Below the pieces are notes generated by a model. That model was given only the letters and a program-made list of their open reading frames with translations. It made no database searches and had not been told where the DNA came from. A stretch of DNA of 64,000 bases, from positions 28,373-92,372 of the forward strand of contig JAZUOO010000030.1 in the NCBI GenBank assembly GCA_045604705.1. The letters are read 5' to 3'. This document shows positions 1 to 10,042 of the stretch, in pieces (within the stretch, counting starts at the first letter, position 1; each line of letters begins with the position of its first letter). This DNA comes from Eubacteriales bacterium (GTDB taxonomy: Bacteria; Bacillota; Clostridia; Oscillospirales; CAG-382). The translations under genes were made by a program, and so were the position numbers.

Positions 1-1
1 T

Positions 2-178
2 CAGTCAAGAGAAGATCCCAATTACTTTATCCTCTACGAAGCATATGCCACCGAAGAAGCTGCAAAGGCTCACAAGGAAACCGAGCACTACAGGAAGTGG
101 CGTGAGGGCGTTGCGGAATTTATGGCAGAGCCGAGAGTCGGTGTTCCTTGCGACGCTTTGTTCCCGGAAGACTTTTGA
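2..178 (+). CDS. C-terminal fragment of an ABM-fold (antibiotic biosynthesis monooxygenase / YgiN-like) protein; the 5' end lies outside the window
   Basis: Frame 2 reads ...DPNYFILYEAYATEEAAKAHKETEHYRKWREGVAEFMAEPRVGVPCDALFPEDF*, with stop TGA at 176-178. The pattern is typical of small ABM monooxygenase domains. Confidence 0.55.
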   Translation, partial: QSREDPNYFILYEAYATEEAAKAHKETEHYRKWREGVAEFMAEPRVGVPCDALFPEDF

Positions 179-251
179 CAAAGACCGTTTGCGGTCTTCG
201 TAATGGAGAATGCAAAGAGCAAAATGCAAAATTATTTTAGGAGAGCTTATT

Positions 252-1415
252 ATGAGTAAGATTTATATACATTCGGGGCTTGTTTTCAATACGGAAAATG
301 AGATTTTTGAAAAAAAGAATGTGCTTATTGACGACGGTAAGATTACGGCTATGGATATTACGGGCGAGGTGCCTGCGGGATGCGATGAAGTCATTGATGC
401 TTCAGGTAAGCTTATTGCACCTGCTTATGTTGATATTCATACGCATGGGGCATTGAAGCTTAGATTCCAGAGACAGACAAAAGAAGAATACAGAGAGATA
501 TTCAGGCATTATAACAATACCGGTACCGCTTCCGTTTTTCCGACGTTATCCACCGATGACTTTGATGATATGCTTGAGGCAACAAAGACACTCTGCGAGC
601 TTTCCCGTGAGGACAGTACTCTTAACATCGACTGTATCCACTACGAAGGTCCATTCCTTTCTCATGCGAAAAAGGGAGCTCACAATGAGAATTTCCTTAA
701 AAACCCCGACATTGATTTTATAAAGAAAGCCAAGAAGATTACGGGAGATGACATCAAAATAAGAGTTACCATCGCCCCCGAGCTTGACGGTGCTTTTGAT
801 TTTATAAAAGAATGTACCGCTATGGGCGTTATGACAGCTATCGGTCACACAAACACAAACTTTGAAACGGCACAGGCAGCAATAAAGCTCGGTGCGAACT
901 CCTTTATCCACACCTTTAACGCAATGTCCCCTCTCGGACACAGAGATCCGGGCGCGGTAGGTGCGGCACTCTACTGTGAGGACGGATGGCCCGAGCTTAT
1001 CTGCGACGGTTTTCACGTTGATAAAGTAGCAGCTTCCATCCTTTACCACGCAAGACCCAATAATCTCGTGCTTGTTTCCGACTCCATCCAAGCGGCAGGA
1101 CTTCCCGACATCGAAGGCTTTACTTTCGAAAGTGCAGGCATGGAGGTTACAATCACGGGCGGTCAGGCAAGACTCAAGGACGGCACCATCGCAGGTTCAA
1201 GACTTGATATGCATAAAGCAGTCCTCAATCTTTCCGAATTTGCACACATCCCCTTTGAAAGAGCTATAATCTGTGCAACAAAGCATCCCGCGTATCTAAC
1301 GGGTATCTACGACAGAACAGGCTCTATCGAGGTCGGTAAGCGTGCTGATATAAACATTCTTTCAGAAGAATACGCCCTTGAATCCTCCTACGTTGCCGGA
1401 AACAAAGTACGCTGA
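252..1415 (+). CDS. nagA: N-acetylglucosamine-6-phosphate deacetylase
   Basis: AGGAG RBS lies upstream of ATG 252; the track ORF starts at in-frame ATG 210, which has no RBS. Motifs seen: VDIHTHG, IHTFNAMSPLGHRDPG, LVSDSIQAAG (amidohydrolase NagA signatures). Confidence 0.85.
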   Translation: MSKIYIHSGLVFNTENEIFEKKNVLIDDGKITAMDITGEVPAGCDEVIDASGKLIAPAYVDIHTHGALKLRFQRQTKEEYREIFRHYNNTGTASVFPTLSTDDFDDMLEATKTLCELSREDSTLNIDCIHYEGPFLSHAKKGAHNENFLKNPDIDFIKKAKKITGDDIKIRVTIAPELDGAFDFIKECTAMGVMTAIGHTNTNFETAQAAIKLGANSFIHTFNAMSPLGHRDPGAVGAALYCEDGWPELICDGFHVDKVAASILYHARPNNLVLVSDSIQAAGLPDIEGFTFESAGMEVTITGGQARLKDGTIAGSRLDMHKAVLNLSEFAHIPFERAIICATKHPAYLTGIYDRTGSIEVGKRADINILSEEYALESSYVAGNKVR

Positions 1416-1475
1416 TAAACTTATCTGAATTAAAAACGGAAAAAAGGGAAAAATCTGTAATAAAATGTAAAGGGA

Positions 1476-2318
1476 GTGACGGCTATTCTCTGCTCAAGAA
1501 AACAAATCAAAAAAAAGGCGCGGGAGATCCTGTTCTCAAACTATCAGACTTTCCTTTTTGCCACCCTGTTTTTTGCAGCGGTCTCTTTCGGCTTCACGGT
1601 ACTGTCAAAGACATTCTGCGAACTTCTCTGCGAGGAGACAACTGACGAAATATTCACAATGGTGTCTCTGACCTTTGATATTTTCGGTCTTTTGTTATGC
1701 TTCCCGTTTGCACTTGGATACCTTTCTCTGTGCGCAAAGCTCTCGGACGGAAGAAAAACAGAGCTCTCGGAAATGTTCACTTTTTACTCAAAAGGCGGAA
1801 AACTCACATCCTGTTATGCTTTTCTCCTTTTAAAAATTCCCGAAATCCTGTTAAAACTCATTCTCCCCTTTATCGCACTTTCCACACTGCAAGGCGTTAT
1901 CACAGCTTACTTTGCACAAAGCATCACGGACTACAGCCTTTATATTTCCGCAATGTTTTTCGTTCTGCAGGTTATAGTCATTTTTGCTGTATTCTATATG
2001 GAGGGCGGGATACTTCTTTACGTTTTTGACTTCTGCCGCGGCACAAAGCATAAACACACCTTTTCCGAAAAACGCACCTTCTTTATTGTAAGACTCTCCC
2101 TTATACCTCTGTATATCCTCTCGGTACTTACATTTGGAGTGCTGTTACTTGCATATACACTACCTTATACGCTTATCATTTACGCACTTTATGCATCGAA
2201 GTCCGACGAGCTGACAAACACACTGCATTCCGACATTTACAATGAAAGCTTCGGAGATACCGCAATTTTCAAAAGAGTAAATGCGGACGGAGAATCAACT
2301 TTGAAAGATACAAACTAA
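1476..2318 (+). CDS. polytopic membrane protein of unknown function (possibly DUF975-like)
   Basis: GTG start preceded by AAAGGGAG. It has about 6 hydrophobic segments, and the N-terminal IKKKAREIL..NYQTF pattern resembles DUF975 proteins (weak). Confidence 0.5.
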   Translation: MTAILCSRKQIKKKAREILFSNYQTFLFATLFFAAVSFGFTVLSKTFCELLCEETTDEIFTMVSLTFDIFGLLLCFPFALGYLSLCAKLSDGRKTELSEMFTFYSKGGKLTSCYAFLLLKIPEILLKLILPFIALSTLQGVITAYFAQSITDYSLYISAMFFVLQVIVIFAVFYMEGGILLYVFDFCRGTKHKHTFSEKRTFFIVRLSLIPLYILSVLTFGVLLLAYTLPYTLIIYALYASKSDELTNTLHSDIYNESFGDTAIFKRVNADGESTLKDTN

Positions 2319-2352
2319 AATAAAAGAGAATAATTGAAAGGACAGATATAAA

Positions 2353-4371
2353 ATGGCAGAAAAATTTTTTATTACAACTGCAATCCCCTACACCTCCCGC
2401 AAGCCCCACATAGGAAACACCTACGAGCTAATCATGTGCGATGCTATCGCACGTTATCAAAGACTTCTCGGCAAGGACGTATTCTTCCTGACAGGCACAG
2501 ACGAGCACGGACTCAAGATTGAGGAAGCCGCAAAAGACGCAGGTATTACACCTCAAAACTACGTTGACAATATCACGGGCGAGCTTAAGAAAATCTGGGA
2601 ACTCATGGACATAAGCTACGACAAGTTCATCAGAACCACCGACGATTATCACGTAAAAGCAGTACAGAAGATATTCAACAAGCTCTACGAACAGGGCGAC
2701 ATCTACAAAGGCGAATACGAAGGCTGGTACTGTACTCCATGCGAAAGCTTCTGGACGGAAACACAGGCTCACACCGAAAACGGCGAGCATATATGTCCCG
2801 ACTGCGGAAGACCCGTTCAGAAATCCAAGGAAGAAGCTTATTTCTTGAAGCTATCTAAGTATCAGGAAAGACTTGAAAAGTATATTGACGAGCATCCCGA
2901 CTTCATCGAACCCGAGGCAAGAAAGAAAGAAATGGTAAACAACTTCATAAAGCCCGGCGTTCAGGATCTCTGTATCTCTCGTTCAACTTTCACATGGGGC
3001 GTTCCCGTTGAATTCGACCCCGGCCACGTTATCTATGTATGGATAGACGCTCTTTCAAACTACATAACAGCTCTCGGCTATGCTGTTGATGAAAAGGGTG
3101 AATTGTATCAGAAATACTGGCCTGCAGATGTTCAGGTAATCGGCAAGGACATCCTCAGATTCCACACCATTTACTGGCCTGTTATCCTCATGGCTCTGGG
3201 TGAACCTTTGCCGAGGAAGATATTCGGACACCCGTGGCTTCTTGTCGGCGATGAAAAGATTTCAAAGTCCAAGGGTAACGCAATCTACGCCGATGACCTT
3301 GCAGGACATTTTGGCACAGACGCCGTAAGATACTACGTTCTCTCCGAAATGCCTTTCCTCCAGGACGGTTCAATAACATACGAAAACTTCATTGCAAAGT
3401 TCAACTCCGACCTTGCAAACACACTCGGAAACCTCGTGAACAGAACCGTTGCCATGATTAATAAGTATTTTGACGGTATCATCCCCAAGAGCAGAACAGC
3501 TACCGAGTTTGACGCAGACCTCATCGCAACAGTTGAGGGTGGCGTAAGGGCAGTTGCGGAAAAGCTTAACACTTTCCACGTTGCCGATGCCTGCGATGAA
3601 ATCATGACCGTTCTTCGCCGTCTTAACAAATATATAGACGAAACAATGCCCTGGGTACTCGCAAAAGACGAAACCAAGAAAGACATTCTCGGCACCGTTC
3701 TTTACAACCTCATTGAGGGTATAAGAATTGCCGCAACACTTATAGCTCCCATTATGCCCGGAACGGCAAAGAAGATTGAAACTCAGATTAATGCTCCCGA
3801 AAGTGCAAACATCACGGTTACAACATGGCAGGCGGCAGAAAAGTTTGGACTTGCTTACGCTGACGGGGCAAAGGTAAATCCCGCACCGGAAGGAATGTTC
3901 GCAAGACTTGACGAAAAGAAAAAGCTTATCGAAATTTTCGGCGAGGAATTGGTGAACGCTCCTAAGGCGGAAGAAAAAAACAAAAAGGAAAAGAAAGAAA
4001 AGAAAGCTCACAAAGAGCCGGAATATCCCGCAGAGATCTCCATTGAGGATTTCTGCAAAGTAAAGCTCATATGTGCCAAAGTCGAGACCTGCGAACCTGT
4101 TGAAAACTCCAACAAGCTCTTGAAACTCACCCTCAACGACGGCAGCGACACTCCGAGACAAGTAGTTTCCGGCATTGCAAAAGCTTATACTCCCGATTCT
4201 CTTATCGGAAAGAAGGTAATTGTCGTTGCAAACCTTGCCCCCGCAAAGCTCCGTGGTGTTGATTCCAACGGTATGATCCTCGCAGCAGGTGAAAAGCAGT
4301 CTGACGGCACGGAAAAAATTACCGTTTCATTCCTTGACGATTCCATTAAAGAGGGTACAATCATAAGATAA
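2353..4371 (+). CDS. metG: methionine--tRNA ligase with C-terminal tRNA-binding (Trbp111/EMAP-like) domain
   Basis: Class I signatures PHIGNTYE (HIGH) and KISKSKGN (KMSKS). Zinc knuckle CTPCESF...CPDCG. C-terminal KVETCEPVENSNKLLKLTLNDG...GVDSNGMILAA. Confidence 0.95.
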   Translation: MAEKFFITTAIPYTSRKPHIGNTYELIMCDAIARYQRLLGKDVFFLTGTDEHGLKIEEAAKDAGITPQNYVDNITGELKKIWELMDISYDKFIRTTDDYHVKAVQKIFNKLYEQGDIYKGEYEGWYCTPCESFWTETQAHTENGEHICPDCGRPVQKSKEEAYFLKLSKYQERLEKYIDEHPDFIEPEARKKEMVNNFIKPGVQDLCISRSTFTWGVPVEFDPGHVIYVWIDALSNYITALGYAVDEKGELYQKYWPADVQVIGKDILRFHTIYWPVILMALGEPLPRKIFGHPWLLVGDEKISKSKGNAIYADDLAGHFGTDAVRYYVLSEMPFLQDGSITYENFIAKFNSDLANTLGNLVNRTVAMINKYFDGIIPKSRTATEFDADLIATVEGGVRAVAEKLNTFHVADACDEIMTVLRRLNKYIDETMPWVLAKDETKKDILGTVLYNLIEGIRIAATLIAPIMPGTAKKIETQINAPESANITVTTWQAAEKFGLAYADGAKVNPAPEGMFARLDEKKKLIEIFGEELVNAPKAEEKNKKEKKEKKAHKEPEYPAEISIEDFCKVKLICAKVETCEPVENSNKLLKLTLNDGSDTPRQVVSGIAKAYTPDSLIGKKVIVVANLAPAKLRGVDSNGMILAAGEKQSDGTEKITVSFLDDSIKEGTIIR

Positions 4372-4510
4372 ATTCCTCACGAAAACACACCGATATTTCA
4401 ATTATTTTCCGTTGCAATCAGCCCCTAAAACTGCGGGTTGGTTATAACTGCCCTTATACGCACCTTTTACCCTCCTAAATCCTATATCCTAATCAAAAGG
4501 AACTACAAAA

Positions 4511-5296
4511 ATGCTGTTTGACTCACACGCACACTACGACGACGAAAAATTCGACGGTATCCGGGACGAAATCCTCTCCAAAATGCCTGAATACGGGGTT
4601 GGAGGAATAGTCAATGCCGGAGCAAGCCTCAAGGGCTCATACGCTTCACGAGATCTTGCACACAAATACGATTTTATGTATTTCACGGCAGGTATCCATC
4701 CGGAATCCGCAGCAAAGGACATGAAGCACGATGGCTGGCTCTCGGAAATCGAGGAGCTCTTACAGGACAAAAAATGCGTTGCCGTCGGTGAGATAGGTCT
4801 TGACTACTATTGGGAAAAAGAAACCGCACCACAGCAAAAGGAATGCTTTGAATTGCAGCTATGTCTTTGCGAAAAAACGGGACTTCCCGCCATTGTACAC
4901 GACAGAGAGGCTCATGGTGATTGCCTTGAAATTGTAAAAAAGCATAAGGACGCTACGGGACTTTTCCATTGCTTTTCAGGCTCAGTCGAAATGGCAAAAG
5001 AGATAATCTCAATGGGTTGGTACATCTCCATAGGTGGAGTTGTGACATTCAAAAACGCACGAAAAACAGTCGAGGTCATCGAAGGTCTGAAAGACATCTC
5101 AAACGGCACATCAAGGCTTCTTCTTGAAACAGACTGTCCCTACCTTGCCCCCGTACCTCACAGAGGCGAGCTTAACCATTCGGGACTCATGTCAAATACA
5201 GCGACAAAAATCGCGGAGCTTCTCGGAATGACAACCGAGGAAGTCGAAAAGCTCACATACGACAACGCAATGAGATTTTACAATCTTAAAGATTGA
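4511..5296 (+). CDS. tatD: TatD-family metal-dependent hydrolase/DNase
   Basis: MLFDSHAHYDD start, GEIGLDYYW, AIVHDREAH, LLLETDCPYLAP motifs. Confidence 0.9.
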   Translation: MLFDSHAHYDDEKFDGIRDEILSKMPEYGVGGIVNAGASLKGSYASRDLAHKYDFMYFTAGIHPESAAKDMKHDGWLSEIEELLQDKKCVAVGEIGLDYYWEKETAPQQKECFELQLCLCEKTGLPAIVHDREAHGDCLEIVKKHKDATGLFHCFSGSVEMAKEIISMGWYISIGGVVTFKNARKTVEVIEGLKDISNGTSRLLLETDCPYLAPVPHRGELNHSGLMSNTATKIAELLGMTTEEVEKLTYDNAMRFYNLKD

Positions 5297-5400
5297 TTAC
5301 ATCCGTGTCCGACACCTTTCGGGCACAGAGCCGAGGCTGTGAATTGACTTTTGCGGTTTCGGCTCCGTGAAATCGGAATACATAAAAAAGGCGTGATACT

Positions 5401-6159
5401 ATGAAAACAATGCTTATCACAGGCTCCTCGAGAGGAATCGGTGCTGAAATTGCACGACTTGCCTACCTTTCGAGAGAATACAACGTGATAATCAACTACA
5501 ACAAAAGTGGTGCGCGAGCCACAATGCTCCAAAAGGAGTTTGAGGAGATTTCCTCACAAAATAAAGAGAAACAATACGGAAAGGTTATAACCGTCGGTGC
5601 CGATGTTTCAAAAGAAGACGATGTCAATGCCATTTTTAATACGGCAGAACAGCATTTCGGAAGAGTTGATGTGCTTGTCAACAATGCGGCTGTGTCCTCC
5701 TATTCCCTGTTTCAGGATTTAACTCTTGAAGATTGGCACGGAACAATGTCGGTAAATCTCGATTCGGTATTTCTCTGCTCAAAACGTGCACTTCCGAATA
5801 TGATAAACGCAAAATGCGGCAGGATCATAAATATTTCCTCCATATGGGGAATATGCGGCTCTTCCTGCGAGGTACATTATTCCACATCAAAAGCGGCGAT
5901 AATCGGACTTACAAAGGCTCTTGCAAAGGAAGTAGGTCCCTCGGGGATAACTGTCAACTGCATAGCTCCCGGCGTTATTGACACGGAGATGAATAAAGCC
6001 TTGTCCGAGAGCGATATGGCAGCACTCTGTAATGAAACTCCCCTTGGTTGTATAGGTAAATGTGAGGATATTGCAAGAACAGTGCTTTTCCTTGCAGGTG
6101 ACTGCGGCAACTTTATCACGGGACAAGTCATAAGTCCCAACGGCGGACTTGTAATTTGA
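5401..6159 (+). CDS. short-chain dehydrogenase/reductase (FabG-like 3-oxoacyl reductase family)
   Basis: TGSSRGIG cofactor motif, NNAA, catalytic S...YSTSK, PGVIDTEM. Confidence 0.85.
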   Translation: MKTMLITGSSRGIGAEIARLAYLSREYNVIINYNKSGARATMLQKEFEEISSQNKEKQYGKVITVGADVSKEDDVNAIFNTAEQHFGRVDVLVNNAAVSSYSLFQDLTLEDWHGTMSVNLDSVFLCSKRALPNMINAKCGRIINISSIWGICGSSCEVHYSTSKAAIIGLTKALAKEVGPSGITVNCIAPGVIDTEMNKALSESDMAALCNETPLGCIGKCEDIARTVLFLAGDCGNFITGQVISPNGGLVI

Positions 6160-6250
6160 AAGGACATCTTCAACATTACAAATAAGAACAGACAATGCAA
6201 TCTCACCTTATGGAAAACAGTTTCGACCACAAATGGAAAGTCCGCTTTAG

Positions 6251-6448
6251 CTTAAATGGACAAAATTCGACCTTTTCCACATGGAAAGAGAAAACAAGGA
6301 TAAAGGTGTGAATTTCCCGAAAATGTTTATTTGGTGCGGCACGGAGGATTCACTTATCACGGCAAACCGCAATTACAGCTCACTGCTTTCAGAGCTCGGT
6401 ATAGAACACACCTACCTTGAATCCGAGGGCGATTATTCATGGGAATAG
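6251..6448 (+). pseudogene. C-terminal remnant of an esterase (putative-esterase/alpha-beta hydrolase family)
   Basis: The frame opens just after TAG 6248-6250 and reads LKWTKFDLFHMERENKDKGVNFPKMFIWCGTEDSLITANRNYSSLLSELGIEHTYLESEGDYSWE*. The P-x-(L/M)-F-I-x-C-G-T-E-D ... G-I-x-H-T-Y-x-E pattern matches the C-terminus of esterase family proteins. There is no N-terminal catalytic part, and upstream frames are broken. Confidence 0.45.
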
Positions 6449-6503
6449 TGGGATTTGTACATTCGGTTTCTCTTTGGCGAAAAGAAATAAGAAAGGTGCA
6501 AAA

Positions 6504-7340
6504 ATGCAGGAACTATACGACCTTCATGTACATACAAGATATTCCGCACACGACGCAGACAAGTCACCTGAAAACAGTATCACCGCACTGTCACTTTCCG
6601 GCATTGAAAAAGGACTTTCCGGTGCAGCATTCTCCGACCACTTCGACACCGAGCTTATAATTAACGGAACCCAGTCCCTTGACTGCGATGCAATAAAAAA
6701 GGAATGTGACTCGGCTCGTGAAACAGTCGGTAACAAATTCAATGTTATACACTCGGTTGAACTCAGCTCTCAGATGCATTATCCATATAACTGTGCGGAA
6801 AATATCACCAAATATGACTATGACATGGTGCTGTCAAGTATTCATATTCTCAAATATAACGGTGACATGATTATTTCACAAGTTGATTTTACAAAGCTCA
6901 CCGAAAATGAATCACGACGCCTTTTCGAGCTGTATATGCATGACCTGCTGTACACCGCAAAAAATTGCGATTATGACGTTCTGACACATATCACATATAT
7001 CCTGCGCTATTTTAAAAGGCACGGCATATCGCACATCGCCAGAATTGAGGACGACATGGATATGTACGATGAAATATTCAAAACGGTAATTGCACGTGGA
7101 AAAGCCCTTGAAATAAACACATCGGGCATCCGTCAGGGACACGGCGAAACATTCCCGAATATGCTTCTTGCAAAACGCTACATAGAGCTTGGCGGCGAGC
7201 TTTTCACCGTAGGCTCGGACTCCCATACACCGGGAGACCTCGGAGCAAATATCGCAGACGTCACAAAAATACTTTTCGACATGGGTGTAAAATACACCTG
7301 CTACTACAAAAACAGAAAACCGATATTAGTAAAAATATAA
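6504..7340 (+). CDS. PHP-domain histidinol-phosphatase (HisJ) family protein
   Basis: ATG 6504 follows AAAGGTG; the track ORF start at 6417 has no support. N-terminal DLHVHTRYSAHDA, internal SIH, C-terminal GSDSHTPGD are PHP metal-binding motifs. Confidence 0.75.
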   Translation: MQELYDLHVHTRYSAHDADKSPENSITALSLSGIEKGLSGAAFSDHFDTELIINGTQSLDCDAIKKECDSARETVGNKFNVIHSVELSSQMHYPYNCAENITKYDYDMVLSSIHILKYNGDMIISQVDFTKLTENESRRLFELYMHDLLYTAKNCDYDVLTHITYILRYFKRHGISHIARIEDDMDMYDEIFKTVIARGKALEINTSGIRQGHGETFPNMLLAKRYIELGGELFTVGSDSHTPGDLGANIADVTKILFDMGVKYTCYYKNRKPILVKI

Positions 7341-7363
7341 CCTAAATCGAAAGGAACACTACA

Positions 7364-7861
7364 ATGAAATCACTTGATAAAAAACTGCTTCACCTTATAG
7401 AAGAAGAGCCCCGACTCACAGCAGAAAACCTTGCAACAATGCTTGACAAGGAAGTAGGCGAAATAAAGGACATAATTGAAAAATACGAAAAGAACGGCGT
7501 AATAGTCGGTTACAGAACCCTCATTGATTGGGAGGAGACCGACATTGAAAATGTCACCGCACTCATCGAACTCAAGGTTACCCCCTCAAGAGATAAAGGC
7601 TACGACAAGGTTGCAGAAAAAATCTACAAATACCCGGAGGTAAAGGATATGTACCTCATGTCGGGCGGCTTTGACTTTACAGTTATAATCGAGGGAAGAA
7701 CCATGAAAGAGGTTGCCCTTTTTGTTGCGGAAAAGCTTGCACCCTGTGAGGGCGTAATTTCCACAGCTACTCATTTTGTCCTTCGTAAATACAAAACAGA
7801 GGGCGTTGTACACGGCGGCAAGGCTCTCGAAGACAAAAGAGAGAAAGGAATCCTGCTCTGA
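7364..7861 (+). CDS. Lrp/AsnC-family transcriptional regulator
   Basis: N-terminal wHTH (LDKKLLHLIEEEPRLTAENLATML...GVIVGY) followed by a RAM/AsnC_trans_reg-like beta-alpha domain. Stop TGA shares one base with the next ATG (cTGATGa). Confidence 0.8.
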   Translation: MKSLDKKLLHLIEEEPRLTAENLATMLDKEVGEIKDIIEKYEKNGVIVGYRTLIDWEETDIENVTALIELKVTPSRDKGYDKVAEKIYKYPEVKDMYLMSGGFDFTVIIEGRTMKEVALFVAEKLAPCEGVISTATHFVLRKYKTEGVVHGGKALEDKREKGILL

Positions 7862-9030
7862 TGATAGATTACGGCAAAATTCTTTCCTCGAAGGTCACGT
7901 CCATAAAGCCATCGGGAATAAGAAAATTCTTTGATATACTTGACGAAATGGACGATGTTATATCCCTCACCGTCGGACAGCCTGATTTTGATACTCCGTG
8001 GCACATCCGTGAGGCGGGTATCTACTCCCTTGAAGACGGAAGAACCTACTACACCTCAAACAGTGGACTTTTAGAGTTCAGACGTGAAGTTTGTAACTAC
8101 CTTGAAAGACGCTTCGGACTCTCTTATGTGCCCGAAAACGAAGTACTCTGTACCGTCGGCGGCAGTGAGGCTATCGACCTTGCAATGCGTGCCATCCTCG
8201 AACCGGGCGACGAGGTAATAGTCGTCGAGCCATCCTTTGTATGCTACGGTCCTCTTGCAAGTCTTGCAGGCGGCGTACCGGTAGTTATAAATACAGAGCT
8301 TAAAGACAAATTCAAGCTTACACCCGAAAAGCTCCTTTCTGCAATTACGGACAAAACCAAAATGCTGGTTCTCCCCTATCCGTCAAACCCTACGGGCGGC
8401 ATTATGACAAAGGACGAGCTTGAAAAAATAGCCGACATCGTAAGAGAAAGAAATATAATAGTCCTCTCCGATGAAATCTACGCAGAACTGACCTACGGCA
8501 AAAAACACGTATCCTTCGCATCACTTCCGGGCATGAAAGAGAGAACAATCCTTGTCAGCGGTCTTTCCAAAGCATACGCCATGACAGGCTGGAGACTCGG
8601 CTATGCTTGTGCCCCAAAGGAAATAATGGGGCAAATGGTAAAGCTCCATCAGTACGCCATCATGTGTGCACCGACCACATCACAATATGCGGGTATCGAA
8701 GCCCTCAGAAACGGTGATGAGGACATAGAATACATGAAAGACGCCTACAATCTGCGAAGAAAATTCATCCACGCAGAACTGAAGAAAATGGGACTTGACA
8801 GCTTTGAGCCGGAGGGCGCATTCTATATCTTCCCCAACATTGGAAAATTCGGAATGACAAGCGAAGAGTTCTGCGAAAAGCTCCTTTATTCAAAGCACGT
8901 CGCAATAGTTCCCGGAACAGCATTCGGTGAATCAGGCGAGGGCTTCGCAAGAATATCCTACGCATACTCAATAGATCACATCAAAAAGGCACTGGAAAGA
9001 ATAAAAGAGTTTATCGACACTTTAAAATAA
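7861..9030 (+). CDS. class I/II pyridoxal-phosphate-dependent aminotransferase
   Basis: PSNPTGG, SDEIY, LSKAYAMTGWRLGY (PLP-lysine motif). Translationally coupled to the AsnC-type regulator. Confidence 0.85.
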   Translation: MIDYGKILSSKVTSIKPSGIRKFFDILDEMDDVISLTVGQPDFDTPWHIREAGIYSLEDGRTYYTSNSGLLEFRREVCNYLERRFGLSYVPENEVLCTVGGSEAIDLAMRAILEPGDEVIVVEPSFVCYGPLASLAGGVPVVINTELKDKFKLTPEKLLSAITDKTKMLVLPYPSNPTGGIMTKDELEKIADIVRERNIIVLSDEIYAELTYGKKHVSFASLPGMKERTILVSGLSKAYAMTGWRLGYACAPKEIMGQMVKLHQYAIMCAPTTSQYAGIEALRNGDEDIEYMKDAYNLRRKFIHAELKKMGLDSFEPEGAFYIFPNIGKFGMTSEEFCEKLLYSKHVAIVPGTAFGESGEGFARISYAYSIDHIKKALERIKEFIDTLK

Positions 9031-9038
9031 CTACTTAC

Positions 9039-9072
9039 AGGGTACGCAGACATTTTCTCGTACCCTATTTAT
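9039..9072 (+). terminator. possible terminator after the aminotransferase gene
   Basis: AGGGTACG-12 nt-CGTACCCT followed by only ATTTAT; the U-tract is weak. Confidence 0.35.
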
Positions 9073-9086
9073 GAAAGGTCAGCATT

Positions 9087-9977
9087 ATGAGGGAAACAGT
9101 AACAATTAATGCAAGAGCAAAAATCAACCTTACTCTTGAAATATTCGACAAAAGAAAAGACGGTTACCACGATATGCGCTCGGTAATGCACAAAATAGGA
9201 CTTTGCGACATCGTGACAATCACCGCCGAAACAGACAGAACTGACGATAACGCAGGCGAAATAAGAGTAATCTGCTCAAAACCCATATGCGACGAAAAAG
9301 ACAACCTCGCCTACAAAGCCGCAGACCGTTTTATGTCACTGTATTATAAAAAAACAGGCAAAATAGCCTCCTGCCGCATTGAAATTGAAAAGAACATACC
9401 CGATAAAGCAGGTCTGGGTGGCGGAAGTGCAGACTGTGCGGCAACCCTCGATGGTCTATCAAAGCTTCTGGGAGTAATCACCGAAAAAGAAAAGGAAGAA
9501 ATAGCAGCAGAGCTTGGCTCGGACGTACCTTTCATGCTTGAAAAATACGACTGTGCACTTGCAACGGGAACAGGTACAACCCTTAAAAAAGTCCCCATGA
9601 TGCCCATGTGCCATTGTGTCATAGGGACTCCTGACGTCGGACTTTCAACAAGAGACATCTATGACCTCTTTGATGAAAAAAAACACGTTGTCCCCGATGT
9701 CAAAACAAATTCCCTCATCGCTGCCCTCGAACAGGAGGACTTCGGCAGAATTTGCGACAACATCGTAAATCAGTTTGAGCCCATATGCATCCACGAGCTT
9801 CCCGAAATCGGCAAAATAAAAAAATGTCTTCTCAAAAACGGAGCCTACGCCTCTGCAATGTCCGGAAGCGGAAGCGCAGTATTCGGCATATTCACCGATG
9901 AAAAAGAAGCAAATACGGCAGCTGCGGCTCTGGGCGAACTGCCATTCAATGTAAAAGTGTCCGTCATCAAAATTTAA
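9087..9977 (+). CDS. ispE: 4-diphosphocytidyl-2-C-methyl-D-erythritol kinase
   Basis: KINLTLEI..KRKDGYH and GHMP-kinase motif PDKAGLGGGSADCAA. Confidence 0.9.
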   Translation: MRETVTINARAKINLTLEIFDKRKDGYHDMRSVMHKIGLCDIVTITAETDRTDDNAGEIRVICSKPICDEKDNLAYKAADRFMSLYYKKTGKIASCRIEIEKNIPDKAGLGGGSADCAATLDGLSKLLGVITEKEKEEIAAELGSDVPFMLEKYDCALATGTGTTLKKVPMMPMCHCVIGTPDVGLSTRDIYDLFDEKKHVVPDVKTNSLIAALEQEDFGRICDNIVNQFEPICIHELPEIGKIKKCLLKNGAYASAMSGSGSAVFGIFTDEKEANTAAAALGELPFNVKVSVIKI

Positions 9978-9987
9978 AAATACTTGA

Positions 9988-10041
9988 ATAACCTCCGGTT
10001 TTGCGGTAATAATTATTTCCGAATCAATCTGCGGAGGTTAT
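9988..10041 (+). promoter_or_regulatory. anti-SD / SD helix enclosing the spoIIR ribosome-binding site
   Basis: ATAACCTCCG (9988-9997) is perfectly complementary to CGGAGGTTAT (10032-10041), which contains the spoIIR GGAGG 6 nt before ATG 10043. The loop is 34 nt. Confidence 0.45.
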
Positions 10042-10042
10042 C

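Noticed and set aside
181-198. Hairpin AAGACCG-TTTG-CGGTCTT after the ABM gene fragment, considered as a terminator
   Set aside because: The 7-bp stem is real, but no U-tract follows on either strand, so I do not call it a terminator.
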